Shown here in pieces: positions 38,807 through 52,351 of a DNA stretch of 64,000 nt. The stretch is from a virus. Lineage: Duplodnaviria > Caudoviricetes. Position 1 is the first letter of the stretch. The number at the start of each line of letters is the position of its first letter. A program made the position numbers and the translations under genes. The stretch covers positions 1-64,000 of IMG/VR virus record IMGVR_UViG_3300027566_000007. One strand, written 5' to 3'. Below the pieces are notes generated by a model, which saw only the letters and a program-made list of their open reading frames with translations, did not search any database and was not told where the DNA came from.

Positions 38807-40633
38807 ATGCAATTCCCGAAAGTATCATCCATCTTCCCTTTCTCCAAAAAACTCTCTTCTGCATCTCCATCAAAAGACACCCAAGCAGCCCCTGTAGGTG
38901 CTGGCGTTTCTCAAGTAGGCGGAGATGAATATTCCCACCAAGAAAAATTTAATAAGTGGATCGAGGAAACCAAACACAAGCTCCCACGCGCCACGCCACT
39001 ATTAAGAGAAGAAGCGTTCAGATCTGATCCATTAATCCAGGGCACTATATACCCATATCTCCGAAACGTCCTTCTGAAAGGCTATACAGTCCAGACAGAA
39101 GATAACAAGCTCTACTCGGAAGCCATTCAGGAAATTACGGCATACCTTGAGCAAATTGATATAATGCAGGTATTCCGGGAGGATTTCAAAGATTTTGCAT
39201 TTCTCACCGGCCATACATACCGCAGGGCTGACCCTGACCTTTCAGGCAATATAATAAGGCTTGAAAAGATCGAGCCGTCCACTGTAGAGGTCTTTAACGA
39301 TCCTTGGGACTCTTCAATAATAGCATATCATCAACACGCAAAAGTAAGAACAACATGGTCTTACCTGGGTGCTACAGAAGAAGTAGACAGTTGGTTTATT
39401 CCCTATGGGTCTGATCTGCAGGACGTAAACGCAACATATATTCAAAACAGGGCTACCGGAAACGACCAGAGAGTTTATGATTTATTTACAAAGTATCAAC
39501 AGAACTATTCAATCTCGAATATTTCTAACCTAAGGATAGCGGCTTCTGAGCGCGTTATTTCAATGCACAACTCGGATAAAACACAGAGGCTTTGCAACCA
39601 ATATGACGATTCCGAACAAGTACCTTGCACTCCCGCGCCAATTGATTCCGTTATCCTGGCTATCTGGCTAAAACGGTTACTTTTATCGAATGCGCCTCAC
39701 CTTATTTACGTCGTGATCAATCCTTTCCTACACGCAAAGACCGGTATTCTGAAAGATACTAAAGATACACTTGGACATACTTCTATTATTTCTTCAACAC
39801 CTCAAAAACCATCTACTGCGCTACAAGCTACAAATCCTGTTATTTATAATGACATGCTTCAAAAATATGAGAACTATGTTAAGGAAAATGAAAAAGCTGC
39901 AAATAAAATTCTCGAAAATGTGAAAAATGGTGGCGTTTTTTTATCGGGACCAGACCTGGAAATAAAACCTATCGAATCTGCCAGAAACGTTTCTTATCAA
40001 TTTATTAAAAGTCTTATCGATCAGCTTAATGAGGAAATAGGTCAAGCTTTTGGTTTTCCTATGTCACTCGTCACAGCGACGGGCACAGAGCTCGCAAGCT
40101 CAAGAAACATCTTGCAGATGTTCAATAGTGTGCATGCAGGTGAGCGTATGGAATATGAAAGCGTCGCAAACAAGCTCATTAAAAAACAGTTTGCTGAACG
40201 AACCTGGCAGGGCACTACAACTAAAAACGGTAAAGAGATCCAGGTAACTTACTCTCTTGAAGATATGCAGGTCAATTTTACCCTAGACACTCCAGACGTT
40301 AAAGACCTGCTTGCAGAAGCTCAGGCTTTGAAGGCAAGAGCCGAGACGCTTGTACAACTCAAAGGTATAGGGGCAGGTAAAGAAGACCTTCAGGCACTTG
40401 GAGAAGAGGCAGGATTCGGTATTCTTGCGTTGAATGGTACGCCAGCACCTCAGGCTGAAGGAGCTCAAGGGGATCAAACTAATGCTATAATACAGGCTAT
40501 AATTTCCGAGGCTTTAAGATCGGCAAGTCCTACAGACCCAAGCGGGTTTAAGGACAAAAAAATAACAGAGAGATTACAAGAAGCTTATAAAACGGCTAAA
40601 GAAACAATCGATAAACTTTTCGAGGAACATTGA
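38807..40633 (+). CDS. Portal protein
   Basis: 608 aa after TerL; RLEKIEPSTV and IGQAFGFPMSLV portal-type motifs. Confidence 0.75.
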   Translation: MQFPKVSSIFPFSKKLSSASPSKDTQAAPVGAGVSQVGGDEYSHQEKFNKWIEETKHKLPRATPLLREEAFRSDPLIQGTIYPYLRNVLLKGYTVQTEDNKLYSEAIQEITAYLEQIDIMQVFREDFKDFAFLTGHTYRRADPDLSGNIIRLEKIEPSTVEVFNDPWDSSIIAYHQHAKVRTTWSYLGATEEVDSWFIPYGSDLQDVNATYIQNRATGNDQRVYDLFTKYQQNYSISNISNLRIAASERVISMHNSDKTQRLCNQYDDSEQVPCTPAPIDSVILAIWLKRLLLSNAPHLIYVVINPFLHAKTGILKDTKDTLGHTSIISSTPQKPSTALQATNPVIYNDMLQKYENYVKENEKAANKILENVKNGGVFLSGPDLEIKPIESARNVSYQFIKSLIDQLNEEIGQAFGFPMSLVTATGTELASSRNILQMFNSVHAGERMEYESVANKLIKKQFAERTWQGTTTKNGKEIQVTYSLEDMQVNFTLDTPDVKDLLAEAQALKARAETLVQLKGIGAGKEDLQALGEEAGFGILALNGTPAPQAEGAQGDQTNAIIQAIISEALRSASPTDPSGFKDKKITERLQEAYKTAKETIDKLFEEH

Positions 40634-40801
40634 ATGTCAGACATCATAGGCTTTCTTTTTGGTGGGTTATGCGGGCTCGTTTTTGGAGTCGCAGTAATGG
40701 TAGAATATCACGAACAGTGCGAAAATTTGAACAGTAACGCACATATAGTCAACGATTTAAATACAAAAAAGATAAAGACAAACCAAGCCAGCGAAGATTA
40801 A
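40634..40801 (+). CDS. Small single-TM protein (55 aa)
   Basis: IIGFLFGGLCGLVFGVAVMV; abuts portal stop. Confidence 0.5.
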   Translation: MSDIIGFLFGGLCGLVFGVAVMVEYHEQCENLNSNAHIVNDLNTKKIKTNQASED

Positions 40802-40933
40802 ATACTCAAATTGCCTCATATTTAAGATGGTAGAAAGGCACTAAAAATGAATTAATTTTTACAGTAAAATTTTAAATTCCTACCGTCAATTTTCAATTAT
40901 ATAGCTTTCTACACATCTATCATTTGTGATAGT

Positions 40934-42482
40934 ATGAAAGCCATTATAAAAAATATTGAACTCGATACAAAATCAGATAAACGCTTTCCAGTTAATTTGT
41001 TGTCTGGATCACTATACCGTGCTAGTGACAGGCTATATTACGTGCATGGTAACCGGCCAATTGGAGACAATTACGCAAAGGAAGTCTTTAACGGATATTA
41101 TAACGTATGGGACGATGAAACATTATCTTATGTAAAACATCCAACTGAATGGACTGAGTTTATTACTCTTCTGTCCGCAGACGACGTGATCAATTTATTT
41201 ATTGAGGAAATCTCAAAATGTTCGGTTATCATAAAGGATGCCGAATTCCTTTTAAAATACCCAATTATCACTACAGGGCACACTAAAGTACACCTGGATA
41301 ATTGTATTGCACACCTGGATAACGACGAAACAGGGTTTATTGAGGTCAATTCAATAGGTGCGTGTACACAAGATCGCCCGGAATTTGATGAATATCTCAA
41401 GATACTGGATTCAATTGCATCGATAGGCAGTACTCTTTCTCGTAGTCGGATAATGTCAGCGACTTATTATAAATATGGTTCTCGATATGGGCAGCCGCAA
41501 ATAAAAAGACACTGGCCTGAAAATACAGAATATCATTTTAAGGTGGACCGGAAAGACAAAATACTTGAGTCCAGCACAGATAAAAGAGGGTATCCTCAAT
41601 CCTGCGGGAAGGAGAATAGAGAAAAGGGAGTAAGTATCATTGTTCATAATGATGTGTTGGAACCTGGTAAGGAGCCTCTTCATCTCAAATATGATGATCG
41701 GATAATTGGAGTAAGTATAGATCAGAATATAATTGTTGTAGACAAGATGAGACAATTGGAGATTGTATGAACGCTAGCTCTATAACCCTTACCGAGTTAA
41801 CAGATAAACATAGAGTAGTATGCTCTGTAATTAATAAAGATCGTGTGTCATTTGAAATATTTAAAAATGTTCCCACACGTGAAAAAATTAAAACAGATAT
41901 GGGTACAATTTATGCTGGATTCACAGACATTTATGGATATTTGTTAATGAGTTCTAATTGTGAAAATAAAAAGTGGTATGGTTTAAACGAAACACCTGAA
42001 TCTAGAGCTTTTATGAATGATTTGATAGACGCTGGATTTATTCAAAAAGCCGAAATTGTAGATATTCAACCCACTGTATCTGAGGAATAATCATGGTAAG
42101 TGTCAAACGCTGCACCCTCCATTCAGAATATATAGACGCAGCCCACAAATTGATAGATTATCTCAGTGGAGAACCACACGTATGCAAAGATAGCGGTACT
42201 ATATGCACACCGAATAATGGCAATGGATACGATATTCCCTATGCGTTCTTCTATCTCAGGTACGACGAAGATCAAGAATGGTACAATGGGGACTGGTGGT
42301 TATTAATCGCTTCGACTGATCTAGATCAACATCAAGTAGGCACAAGGATAATATTAGAAGCAATCAAATTATTAGACATTGATTTACCAGAATTTGATTT
42401 TAATGTGCAGAGGCCAAATGAGAATCATTTTTTTTACTATTTTGATAGGATCGACGTTAGGGAATGTTCAAAAAGTTTATAA
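40934..42482 (+). other. Three hypothetical ORFs (40934..41770, 41767..42090, 42093..42482)
   Basis: Coupled ORFs inserted after portal. Confidence 0.6.
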
Positions 42483-43468
42483 TTAACTTTTTATTTTTTA
42501 ACATTCGATATAAAATGTAAAGCATCCACATGTATGTCTAGATAAAATTTATATAATTATACACCATGATAACACCATTGTAAATTATCCGTATCAGTTT
42601 GACGGGCTGCGCGGATCACAAAAAGATATAAATTAAGATATTTACGTAGATGGAGAGATTTGAACCAACGATACCCGGGACGGTATTTCTTAGAACCATT
42701 ACCCAAATCCTCAGCCTCTACACACAACATTCAAACATGTTGACAACTCAGGAACAATTAAATACTAACCCCGCGATATATGACTGATAATGAAGTGTGG
42801 CCTGGAGTTTATGCGCTCCATTTTCCTCCAGGCTACTCCTCTTCACTTAATACATTACTCTTCTTCTTTTTCTTTCCCAAATGCTTAGAGCCTTAACCTC
42901 GTCCTCATGGTTGAGTCCAAATGCCTTACAGCATTCAACTGCCTGGACTATATCTTCTATGAGGTTTAAACAGCCCCACAGACGGCTTTCTTTTCTGGCT
43001 CCTACCATCTTAATCCCATACCTGAAAACTACCAATTGCTTCATGCATTCTGAACTGTTCTTCAAGCTTACATACTAGGCTATGGGCTTTCTTAGTCATA
43101 CCACTACTTTTTGGAGTGGATGCGAAATAAAAAGACATCGCGTGGATAAGTTCAATTTCGCTGTTTGAAAGTACATAAGTGTTTTCTGGGATTGTTATGT
43201 TTAGTTGTTTCATTTTAGACCACCGCCTGTTCAGGAGTCGCGTAAGCTCCTTTATTGTGTCTTGCAAGCATCTTCTGTATAGCGTCCCAATCGTTAGCAA
43301 TCTGGGTTATTTCCGGGATATCGAGTTTAAGCTCGCTTCTCTGAAGAAGTGAAAAGGCTTCGTCCCAATTGTGGGCAAGTTCGAGAACTTTTTTAATCTG
43401 CTTTGATTTGCTCATTCTTCCTGATCTGTATAACACCATTTTATTTTCCTCCTAACAAGACACTTATT

Positions 43469-43647
43469 TTGTGTCTATACTATAGTACTACATTATAATA
43501 TATAAAACTTTGTGTCATTTATCTAACAAATACACATATGTCCAATTTATACTAATTTGTTTTTTATATCAAAAACACAATATAAATACTATAACAACGG
43601 CACAAAAAACTTATATACTACATCTGCGTATTATAGTATAGACACAA
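43469..43647. promoter_or_regulatory. Divergent promoters with perfect 16-bp inverted repeat TATAGTATAGACACAA
   Basis: Arms at 43469-43484 and 43632-43647, each downstream of a TTATATA box, between divergent genes. Confidence 0.65.
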
Positions 43648-43667
43648 GCAAAAGGTTGTGACAAACT

Positions 43668-44324
43668 ATGGTAGAAAATAATGAAAATACAGATTTTGAA
43701 CTGACTAACAAGAACGTTGATGACTGGGAACAAGCCGAGTTTTGGGAAAAGGACCCGATGCAATCTGAAGATGCATTGTGTGATCTTATTCTATGGGTAG
43801 ATTGGGAAAGCAAGACTGTAACCGTAGAAACTATGATGAGAACAAACTCTACTCCAGGAGAATTATATCACGGGCTTGCGTCGAGTTTTGACCTTCCCGT
43901 TGATACAGATTTTACCCGCTTTGTGAAGTTTTATAATGATCACATAAGACCAAAACTTCAGGAAATTGGAGCTACATATGAGTCAAACTGGAACGGTTCA
44001 AATTGGATTGGATCTCTTGACCGTGAACAGGAAGAAGAACTTTCTGAGTATATAAGAACAAATGTTCCAGAACATGACATGTGCGCTTATTTCAGCCTCA
44101 AAGATCTATATAACGTTGGAGGCAGTCATTCGATAGAGGAAGACCTCGAAGCCGAAGGTATTGACTTACTCACAGCAGATCTAAATAATGACGGTGTTAT
44201 GTCTCTAGCTGTTGAAACTGTTACATATGGGAACGGTACAGACTACAAACTCATAGATGTAGACGTTGAAGACGAGCTAAGGGAGATACAGAAAGAGATT
44301 CAAGAAGAAGCAGAAGAGGAATAA
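43668..44324 (+). CDS. Acidic hypothetical protein
   Basis: 218 aa, D/E-rich. Confidence 0.55.
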   Translation: MVENNENTDFELTNKNVDDWEQAEFWEKDPMQSEDALCDLILWVDWESKTVTVETMMRTNSTPGELYHGLASSFDLPVDTDFTRFVKFYNDHIRPKLQEIGATYESNWNGSNWIGSLDREQEEELSEYIRTNVPEHDMCAYFSLKDLYNVGGSHSIEEDLEAEGIDLLTADLNNDGVMSLAVETVTYGNGTDYKLIDVDVEDELREIQKEIQEEAEEE

Positions 44325-44350
44325 CAACTCCTCTTTTCAGGAAGTGTATT

Positions 44351-44539
44351 ATGAAAGTAGGAGATCGCCAACAGCAAGGAAGGACAGGAGAAGGAAGGAC
44401 CGGCACGAATCAAAGGGAAATATGCCCAGCTTGTAAAGACTATTATCTTAAAACTTATTTTATTTATCAAGATAAAAAATGGATTAAGGCAGGCAAGGTT
44501 TGCCCGAATGAAAATTGTAGTTTTTGCAGGAAAGATTAA
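44351..44539 (+). CDS. Small Zn-ribbon protein
   Basis: CPAC...CPNENC. Confidence 0.5.
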   Translation: MKVGDRQQQGRTGEGRTGTNQREICPACKDYYLKTYFIYQDKKWIKAGKVCPNENCSFCRKD

Positions 44540-44831
44540 GGAGAGATTAAAAATGTTTTATGCATTTTTTACACTTCGTCAACGTGACAACATACAAACT
44601 AAAGAATGGATGGAAGTGTCAAAAGCAGAAGATAAAAGCACCTGTATTAAGATAGCAATGAATAAAGGGGTTATCTTGAATATGATAGAGTTAACTAAAG
44701 ACGAATTTTATGATTTATGTGGGTTATATACTCCAGACGATAAATAATTTAATAAGTAGTTGCTAAAACAGGTTGATTAGAGGTTTAATAATCAATTTTC
44801 CTTTTTTATCTCACATACCTTCTTTTCTATA

Positions 44832-45635
44832 ATGCCTTTCACCATATCAAATTTCAAAAAAACCCTAAAATCCGCTTTTTCTAAACTCGAAAAAGACCAA
44901 TCAGAAGCTTTAGCCGTCGAGATCTCAGCAAACTTTATAGCAGGCCAGACAGCAGCCGAGAAACACAAATCTATTAAATCAGCAGAACCAGAGGACGACG
45001 GCCTAACAGACGAAGAAAAAGCAGAAATAGCAACCCTTACAGCTCTATATCTAGGCTACATCTCTGAATTCAATATCAGAGCACAAACTCAGATACTCAC
45101 CAGGGTCCAGGAGCTTGTCAAGGCAGGCAACAGCCAGGACGAAATACAAAGTTATGTTGATAGTGTCTTTTCAGGCGAAGAGTCTATAGTAATTGATAAT
45201 GTGAGTAAGGAACGTAAAGAAATTTACGTTGATGAAAATCTTAAATTATCCGAAGTTACCAGAACCGTTGAGAATCCATTTTATAGCTCAGTTCTGGCTT
45301 ATGCTTCACTTATTGGGGCGATAGCCTCACACACAGCCTATGAGAAGGGCAAGGAATTGTATAATAAAGCACAGGGTTATAATAAATGGATCTTCTCAGG
45401 CCCCGCCGATGAGCGAGCGAGACCCTGGCACGTTGCTTTGTTGGGTCAGGTGTTTACCTATGGTACGGTACAAAGTAATTATGCTGAACAATGTTTAGGT
45501 GAGCCACGGTGCAGACATAGGAAAGAAGTATGGTATGGGGATTCGAGGGACACGTCCCAGGAAAAATGGGAACAGTTAAAAAGAGATGCTGGTTTATTTT
45601 GGGACGATAAAGCCAAAACCTGGGCTTTGAAATAA
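44832..45635 (+). CDS. Head morphogenesis/minor head protein (SPP1 gp7/Mu F-like)
   Basis: WIFSGPADERARPWHVALLG...EPRCRH. Confidence 0.7.
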   Translation: MPFTISNFKKTLKSAFSKLEKDQSEALAVEISANFIAGQTAAEKHKSIKSAEPEDDGLTDEEKAEIATLTALYLGYISEFNIRAQTQILTRVQELVKAGNSQDEIQSYVDSVFSGEESIVIDNVSKERKEIYVDENLKLSEVTRTVENPFYSSVLAYASLIGAIASHTAYEKGKELYNKAQGYNKWIFSGPADERARPWHVALLGQVFTYGTVQSNYAEQCLGEPRCRHRKEVWYGDSRDTSQEKWEQLKRDAGLFWDDKAKTWALK

Positions 45636-48521
45636 ACCTTGTTATTAAATTTATTTTATCTCCTTAAAATACATCTCAAACAAATCCATCCTATAATGAA
45701 AAATATATGAATCCGGAGGATATACACAATCTAAAGTATCTCCCTCTATATTGATTACTTTACAAACCGTTTTCGCGGTTTTGTGTTTGTAGAGGGAGTT
45801 TACTGAAAGTTCCACATTTCTCAACATCCAATCTCTTTCATCTTATCGTACAACTTAGGACATCTGCCAGTACCACACTCTTCGTAATACAACTTCTCAA
45901 ACTCATCCCAATTATCCACAAGACGACTCCAAACCTCAGAAACGTCTTTCATTTCATAGAAACGTTCTCGAAATTCAGGAACTTGATCAAGAAGTTTCAT
46001 ACATCGTTTGAAGTCGTCAGGATCACTAGGGTGAGAATGATATCTTATTCCATATTGCCTGAAATCAATTCCTGTAAGTTTTGTAGCGATTGAATCCGAG
46101 GATAGGCCGCGTTCACCATTTGCGAGCCATTTAAGGAAAGTTTCACTTACCCTTACTGTATCTACATTTCCCTCAAGTATCTTTATAGCTTCATTCATCT
46201 CATTTTTATAGTTCTCATGCTCGTCATAATCACTTTGAGGCAATCGACTGCTTAAACCTTCCGTAAGCATGAATTCATAGTCTTCGTCAGCAAGTGCTTT
46301 TTTTAGTGCCCGAATTGCTTTATCAAAGTTTGACATTATTTATCACTTCTCTTAAACTTGATTTTATTCCACTATCCTTTCATTTCTCTAGAAAGTTTAT
46401 TATCGTCGCTTTAGCAATTACAAGCTCATCCTTCTCATAAGTATATAATAAGTCAATAATTAATTGAGTTACATCATCCGAGTCGGTGAGATCATAGTCT
46501 ATGTTAGCGTCGGTGATTATTCCATTTATGGCTTCAGAATCCATTTAGTTCAACTCCTCAAAATATCTCATTCACAATCTGTTACCGGTGCAACCATATA
46601 AACACAATCAACATACTCTACAATCAACGGAATATCCTTCCCCCCTCGATACGACAACGGTTCCCCTAAATCATCAAGAGTTTTCAAAGCATACCAATAA
46701 GGATAGGTGAGTCTCATCTCATCGGAATCCATATTTTCAATCGGTTTGAATGGAACTCCTTCAAGTGTGAACCTCTTAATAAGATCTTCAATACTATTCA
46801 CTTTAGCAATCGTGAACATCTCGTTTCGGCGAGCCGCTATTCCATGTTTAGTGCAGTCTATGAATGGTATTACAAAGCTTCTACAATCGTCCTCTTCCAG
46901 GTATTTTTTATATGTTTTCCAGGCAAGCTGACAGTTTCCGCAGGCGAAGTCTTTGTTACAGGTTCTGCCGTCATCTATAGCGGTGCAATGATCGCCAAAT
47001 TCATATCTTCGGTTTGTTGGGGGCCATACCATTTATTTCAACTCCGTCTTAACAAACCAATCCTCATTTATCCACCTGCTTTGATTTCCATCAATTACAA
47101 TGAGTGTATTCCCCTCACAATGGCCTATGTCAGTAACATTCCCACAAACCGGAATATACCATTCATTCCACTCTGGAGAGGTTTTAACATAGTCTCCTAC
47201 TTCGAATCTATCATTATCTGTTGAAGTGTAATGAAGATAGGTTTGCATACCGACAGACCCGATGATGATTCCTAACACTAATATTATTAAATATGTTGAT
47301 TTCATTTTATTCAGTCCCCTTAACATTTCCAAACAACATAACACTCTTTACTTCCAAGATAATCTCTTATTACGTCGAATCTCCGATGTTTATATATTAT
47401 ATAAGGTTCATCCGACTCCTTTTTAAATCTCAATCTTCGGATAATTGATAAGCAATATTCTCCATCTTCTGCAAAGATGTTTATTTTTACAGTGTCCCCT
47501 AACATTCATTTTAACTCCTTTAGTTTTCCCTTCTCTTATATGACCTACACGTCACACCTGAACATCTCTTCTTATCCTTTGCACATTTATTCGGTGTAAC
47601 TGCATGTTTACAATACTCGTCAGTTTTCACCATATTTCAATCTCCATTTTCTTGTTCCAGTTTTTCCACCTGATGTCCAGCGCCATTCAACTTCTTCTAT
47701 TTATTCAATTTCTTTTGATTCATTTAACATCTTTGAAATCTTAAAAAATACTTTACTATAGGCATCCTTGTTACCTTCATAATACAATTTAGCACTATTG
47801 TTTTGCCGTTCTCTCCATTTAATTTCTTCATTTTCAGCGAGGTTTTCTTGTTCAACCAACCACACTTCGAGTTCTTCTAACTTTTTTAAAAGTAAATCAT
47901 ATTCTGACATTTGTTCCGACCTCCCATATTCAACGATCAAACACCGAGATCCTTTTTTTATCTCTTCCAATTACAAATACATCTCCAACTCCTATTGAAC
48001 ACACTTGATGAGGGTGCTCATTGCTTAAATACCACAAATTTGTAATTGCAAGATTGTCATTTTCAATAGGTCCGTTAATCACAAACCATTCCCGGTTAAA
48101 CAGAATGGAATGCGCGGCTTCCAATCCTTTATTAGCCATTTTAAGAAGATTATTTTCAGCTTCTTTTTCTTCAATTAATAACTGGGCCCATTTGGGAAGT
48201 TTTGTTAAATCATGTTCCATATTATTCAAGCTCCTTTCCAGTTAACTAATTATAAAAACGCATCCAAACTCTGTTTATGCCTCAACGGTTTAGGCCGTTC
48301 CTTCTTGTCCTCTGTTATCTGCTTTTCAAACATATCTGAAATCCCTTTTATCATTTCAGAAGATTCAGCCCCTACTTCATAATACTGCATTCCAGAAATT
48401 GAGTTTTTATTAACCATGTACAGGTTACTAATTATGCTTTTTATTTTCTCATCCGAGACATCGCTCCATGTAATGATTACTACACCTTTGCTTCCATCGT
48501 TTGACATGTTATTCAAGCTCC

Positions 48522-48704
48522 TCAGTACTCATTCTTACCCTGAAGTTCCCTTGTGAGATCGCTCGTTGCAGCGTTTAAAGTATCAACCTCGTCCATTAAT
48601 TCATTTAACAGTTTATCCCAGGTTGTGCCTTTCTGCCCATATGTTCTTAGTCGTTCCCTAGTCGATTTCTTAATTGATATCGTGGTCAAATCTTCATCTG
48701 ACAT
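48522..48704 (-). CDS. Small RHH/antitoxin-like DNA-binding protein
   Basis: TTISIKKSTRERLRTYGQKGTTWDKLLNEL. Confidence 0.65.
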   Translation of the reverse strand: MSDEDLTTISIKKSTRERLRTYGQKGTTWDKLLNELMDEVDTLNAATSDLTRELQGKNEY

Positions 48705-50380
48705 AGTATGTTATATGTAATTATATGTATTTATACGTTTCGTATAACAACGTATAACTTAAAACCTATTCCTATAGTATATAATCTTCCACCGGAAACA
48801 CACCATTTCAAAAATAACTCTTAGTAATAAGGCTTTAAAATACTAGTAGCAAATTGATTATTTTTTCACATAAAACGTAAGTAAAAACTTATTATAAGTA
48901 TGTTATCTAAAATGGACTGAAAAATTCGTGTTACTAAGGAAAAAATCAATCAGTTTTTAGCTATATGTTTCTAAAATTTTAATTCTAATAGACTATAGGA
49001 ATAGTCATGTTTCCTTCGATAACCCTATCCTAAAATACAAAAAAATAGTAAGAAACACATAGGTACTTATCAATAAGTTCTACTGATCACGTTTTAAAAA
49101 GAAATTAAAGAAAATGAGTTTATTTTTATAAAAACACGATCAGACATTTTTAATAATCCAACACATCTTCGATGAGTTCATCCAAATCATAATAGTAAAA
49201 TCCCCACATTTCAGCATAGATCCTTGATAAGTCTTCAAAACCACAGGCCAAACTTACTTCACAAAGTTTTTCAATATTTTGGCAGAGGTCAAACCATTCA
49301 AAATTTTCACTAAATTTTTTATATGTCATAGTATTATCTTTCCCTTAAAAATCTCATTTTCTCAACAATACAAGCAACCCACTACGAATAGATAGGCCGT
49401 TCGCGTTCTTCTCTAAGACTCAACCTAACCACCACACGAACTGCATAATATTCCTATTCTCCGCTTCCTTAAGCCGTCTTTCCAGATCTTCTTCTATCTT
49501 TTTTCTCATTGATTCTCTCCCCCATTCATCAGCAAGTTTTAAAAAATAACTTCCGTTTATGATATCAGGTTCAAGTTTGTCCCATGTTTTAAATAAGGAT
49601 TTTAATTCTTCCATATCAAAAGGTTTACTTTCGTCTGAAGTGTATGTCTGAGCATCAGGAAGTTTAATAACTTGATATCCTAAAAAAGCATACCCACTCG
49701 GAACCCATTCTTCTACATGGATAGCAGACACGGTATAATCTATAACAGGCTCAGGAAAGAGCTTCTTATATTCTTCCTTCTTGTCAGGAAGCAGACAAGC
49801 ATATAAATCAGGATTCATTATTATCATCCTTCTTATGTTTCTTATCGTATAACTCTTCCAGCTTACTTCTCAATTTACGATGTCCTTTAATTCGATCATC
49901 CAGCACATTTCCCCATATTGAAACGTGGGGAGGATCTAATTTCCAGGAGAGCGGTTTTTCTTCAGTCATAGTCTCAATCCTGCTCTTAGTTCCCTCATTT
50001 TTTCCTTAAATAAATACACCTGCGCATTTTTATTCTCTCTCGTTCTCCAACACCAAACCCGTATTTTACAATACAATATTTTCAATGTCCATTTTAAACC
50101 ATCTTTTTTATAAACATTTTTATAAAATGTATAAATAGATACATTTTCACCTTTGAATATCACGTTTAAATCACCTCACCTATTATTCACAGGCAGCACT
50201 ATAGGTGTAATAGGCGCATCTATAAACAATCCCAACCAAGGTATAGGATACCATATCTCTCTCACTTCATGATAAGTATGTTCTCTACATAATGAGCTCA
50301 GGAATGGAGCCCTCATACATGTTGCACATTTCAATATTTCGGCGCGATAACCTGCTTGACACCCGGTTACATTAGTCATA

Positions 50381-50794
50381 TTAAAACGCCTTCTCAATTC
50401 TTTTCCAAATCCATTTCGGCAACACTCTCTTAACTCCTGTACTAAGCCAATCAGTAATAATATGTAGATACTGGGGAACTATCAACCCGATAAACCACCA
50501 TCCTGTGAAATATACTCCTAATACCCAGACGACGGCCCAGAATATAGGATTATGCAGCATCCCTCTATGATGAAACAGCATATCAATTATCCAACCGATG
50601 AAACCTAATCGTTTTCTTGATTTCGAATTTGTATCAAGGTCTGGAGTAATATATCGAGTTCCGATTACCCATAAGATTGAGAAATATACTAAATGTTGAA
50701 TTTTCAAATGGATTACTATGGAGGATGTTAATAGAAGGGATATGGCAACTATTAAGGAGATATAATTTAAGACTTCGTGATGTTTTCCGTTCAT
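50381..50794 (-). CDS. DUF2227/YdjM-like membrane metal-binding hydrolase
   Basis: GKHH...PDLD...HRGMLH...HIITD plus TM helices. Confidence 0.7.
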   Translation of the reverse strand: MNGKHHEVLNYISLIVAISLLLTSSIVIHLKIQHLVYFSILWVIGTRYITPDLDTNSKSRKRLGFIGWIIDMLFHHRGMLHNPIFWAVVWVLGVYFTGWWFIGLIVPQYLHIITDWLSTGVKRVLPKWIWKRIEKAF

Positions 50795-52351
50795 GCCATT
50801 TTCTCCCAGGAATCACCATTCCACTCTAACATAAGAATAATCCCTACCATAAACCTCAACATTAATATATCAAAGTCTTCTGGGTTTCCAAAATATTCAT
50901 AAGCTTCATTTCGTTCAATTTTATCATATTCAAAATCATGTTTTCTCATTAAGTAGTCTGCCCAATGACCCATTATATGAAGTATAGCTCGTTTTCGTGT
51001 GCATCTATTATGAATCATGTGGAATTTTATAAGTAGATTTTGAAGTTGTTCCTGACTTGGAACCGGTCTATATTTCCCTTGACTTGGTGTTGCATCTTCA
51101 ATCAATGTTGCAAAAACAATAACACCATTATTCACCATCGTTCCAAATGAGCCGATATGGTAGATTTCCCATTCATCCTCTTGTGCAGGACGATATAAAA
51201 ATGTGTCACCGTCTTTCCATTTCCATCCTTTGAAGAATTCTTCAGGCAGGGCTAAAATCATTTTTATATACTGATCTGACATTTTAAATCACTCTCACTA
51301 TTGTGAACTTCTCACAGAAATCCCCAGAATCAAACAGGGTGCACTCAACTACAAATTCCCCTTTATTCAAGCTGTTTAAATAATGTGTATATGTATCACT
51401 TTCACCATTTGAATTCTTTCCAGTGTATCCGATTTTGTTAAATTCTTCAATCTCACGAGAGTCTAAAAATGGCAATTTGCTAAAATATAATTGTCCTTGG
51501 CATGTTTCGATGTGATATACTTCAATTTGGCTCATTTTTTCCTCCTAATAATCTCTATAACTTCATTTTCAGGATCAAAATCTCGAATAAAACCAACCCC
51601 AACGGCTAACCGTCCTTTTTCTTTCTCATCGACTTTTAACTCTCTATCTATCGTATGTCGTCGGATGAGTTCTTTCTCTGTAATTTTAAATTCAGGCATG
51701 TAACTTTAATTATGCTTTTATACTTTAAATAAGTTTTCCCACTTTGTTTATATTGAAGTGGGTAAACTTAATATAGTTTACTGCCATATAGATATCTAAA
51801 AGTAAGAAGGTAATATCATGAAACTCGATTTTGGAAACATGGATATAAAAGAAGTAGCAGAAACACTAATGACGTTATACAACTTAGATGACTTTCTCGA
51901 AGTTGAACATAAGACAAAAATAATAGTTCCAGATGAAAACACAGCTGGACTACTCAGAGCACGGCTGATATTTGAAGGACTTCCAGGTGAGCTAATGCCT
52001 AAAATTGAAGTGGCAGGTACTCATATACTTGAAACAGTTAAGTAAGGAGTTTGAATCATGGATCAAATAATAAAAGAAGGAATGTATAAACTACTTAATA
52101 CGCAGTTGTCACAGGTAAAAGGACATATTGAATCATTGGAAGATATTATTAATGATAACCTTTCTCAAAAAATAGGAGATGAAGAAGCCATCATAGAGCT
52201 TGATGCATTTGTTAAATTGTTTGATAAAAAAGCATCGTATGTTAAACAAACGATAGGTACTATTATTCAAATAGGGTATAATTCATAAATATATATTAAT
52301 AATCTGGGTGGTTTGGTTCCACCTAATCTTTTTTTAAAAAAAAGTAAGGGG

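Larger units (their letters stand above)
45821..51535 (-). other. Leftward block of small hypothetical ORFs
   Basis: e.g. 45821..46336, 46568..47032, 47033..47344, 47701..47970, 47930..48229, 48250..48516, 49420..49827, 50791..51282, 51284..51535. Confidence 0.65.
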
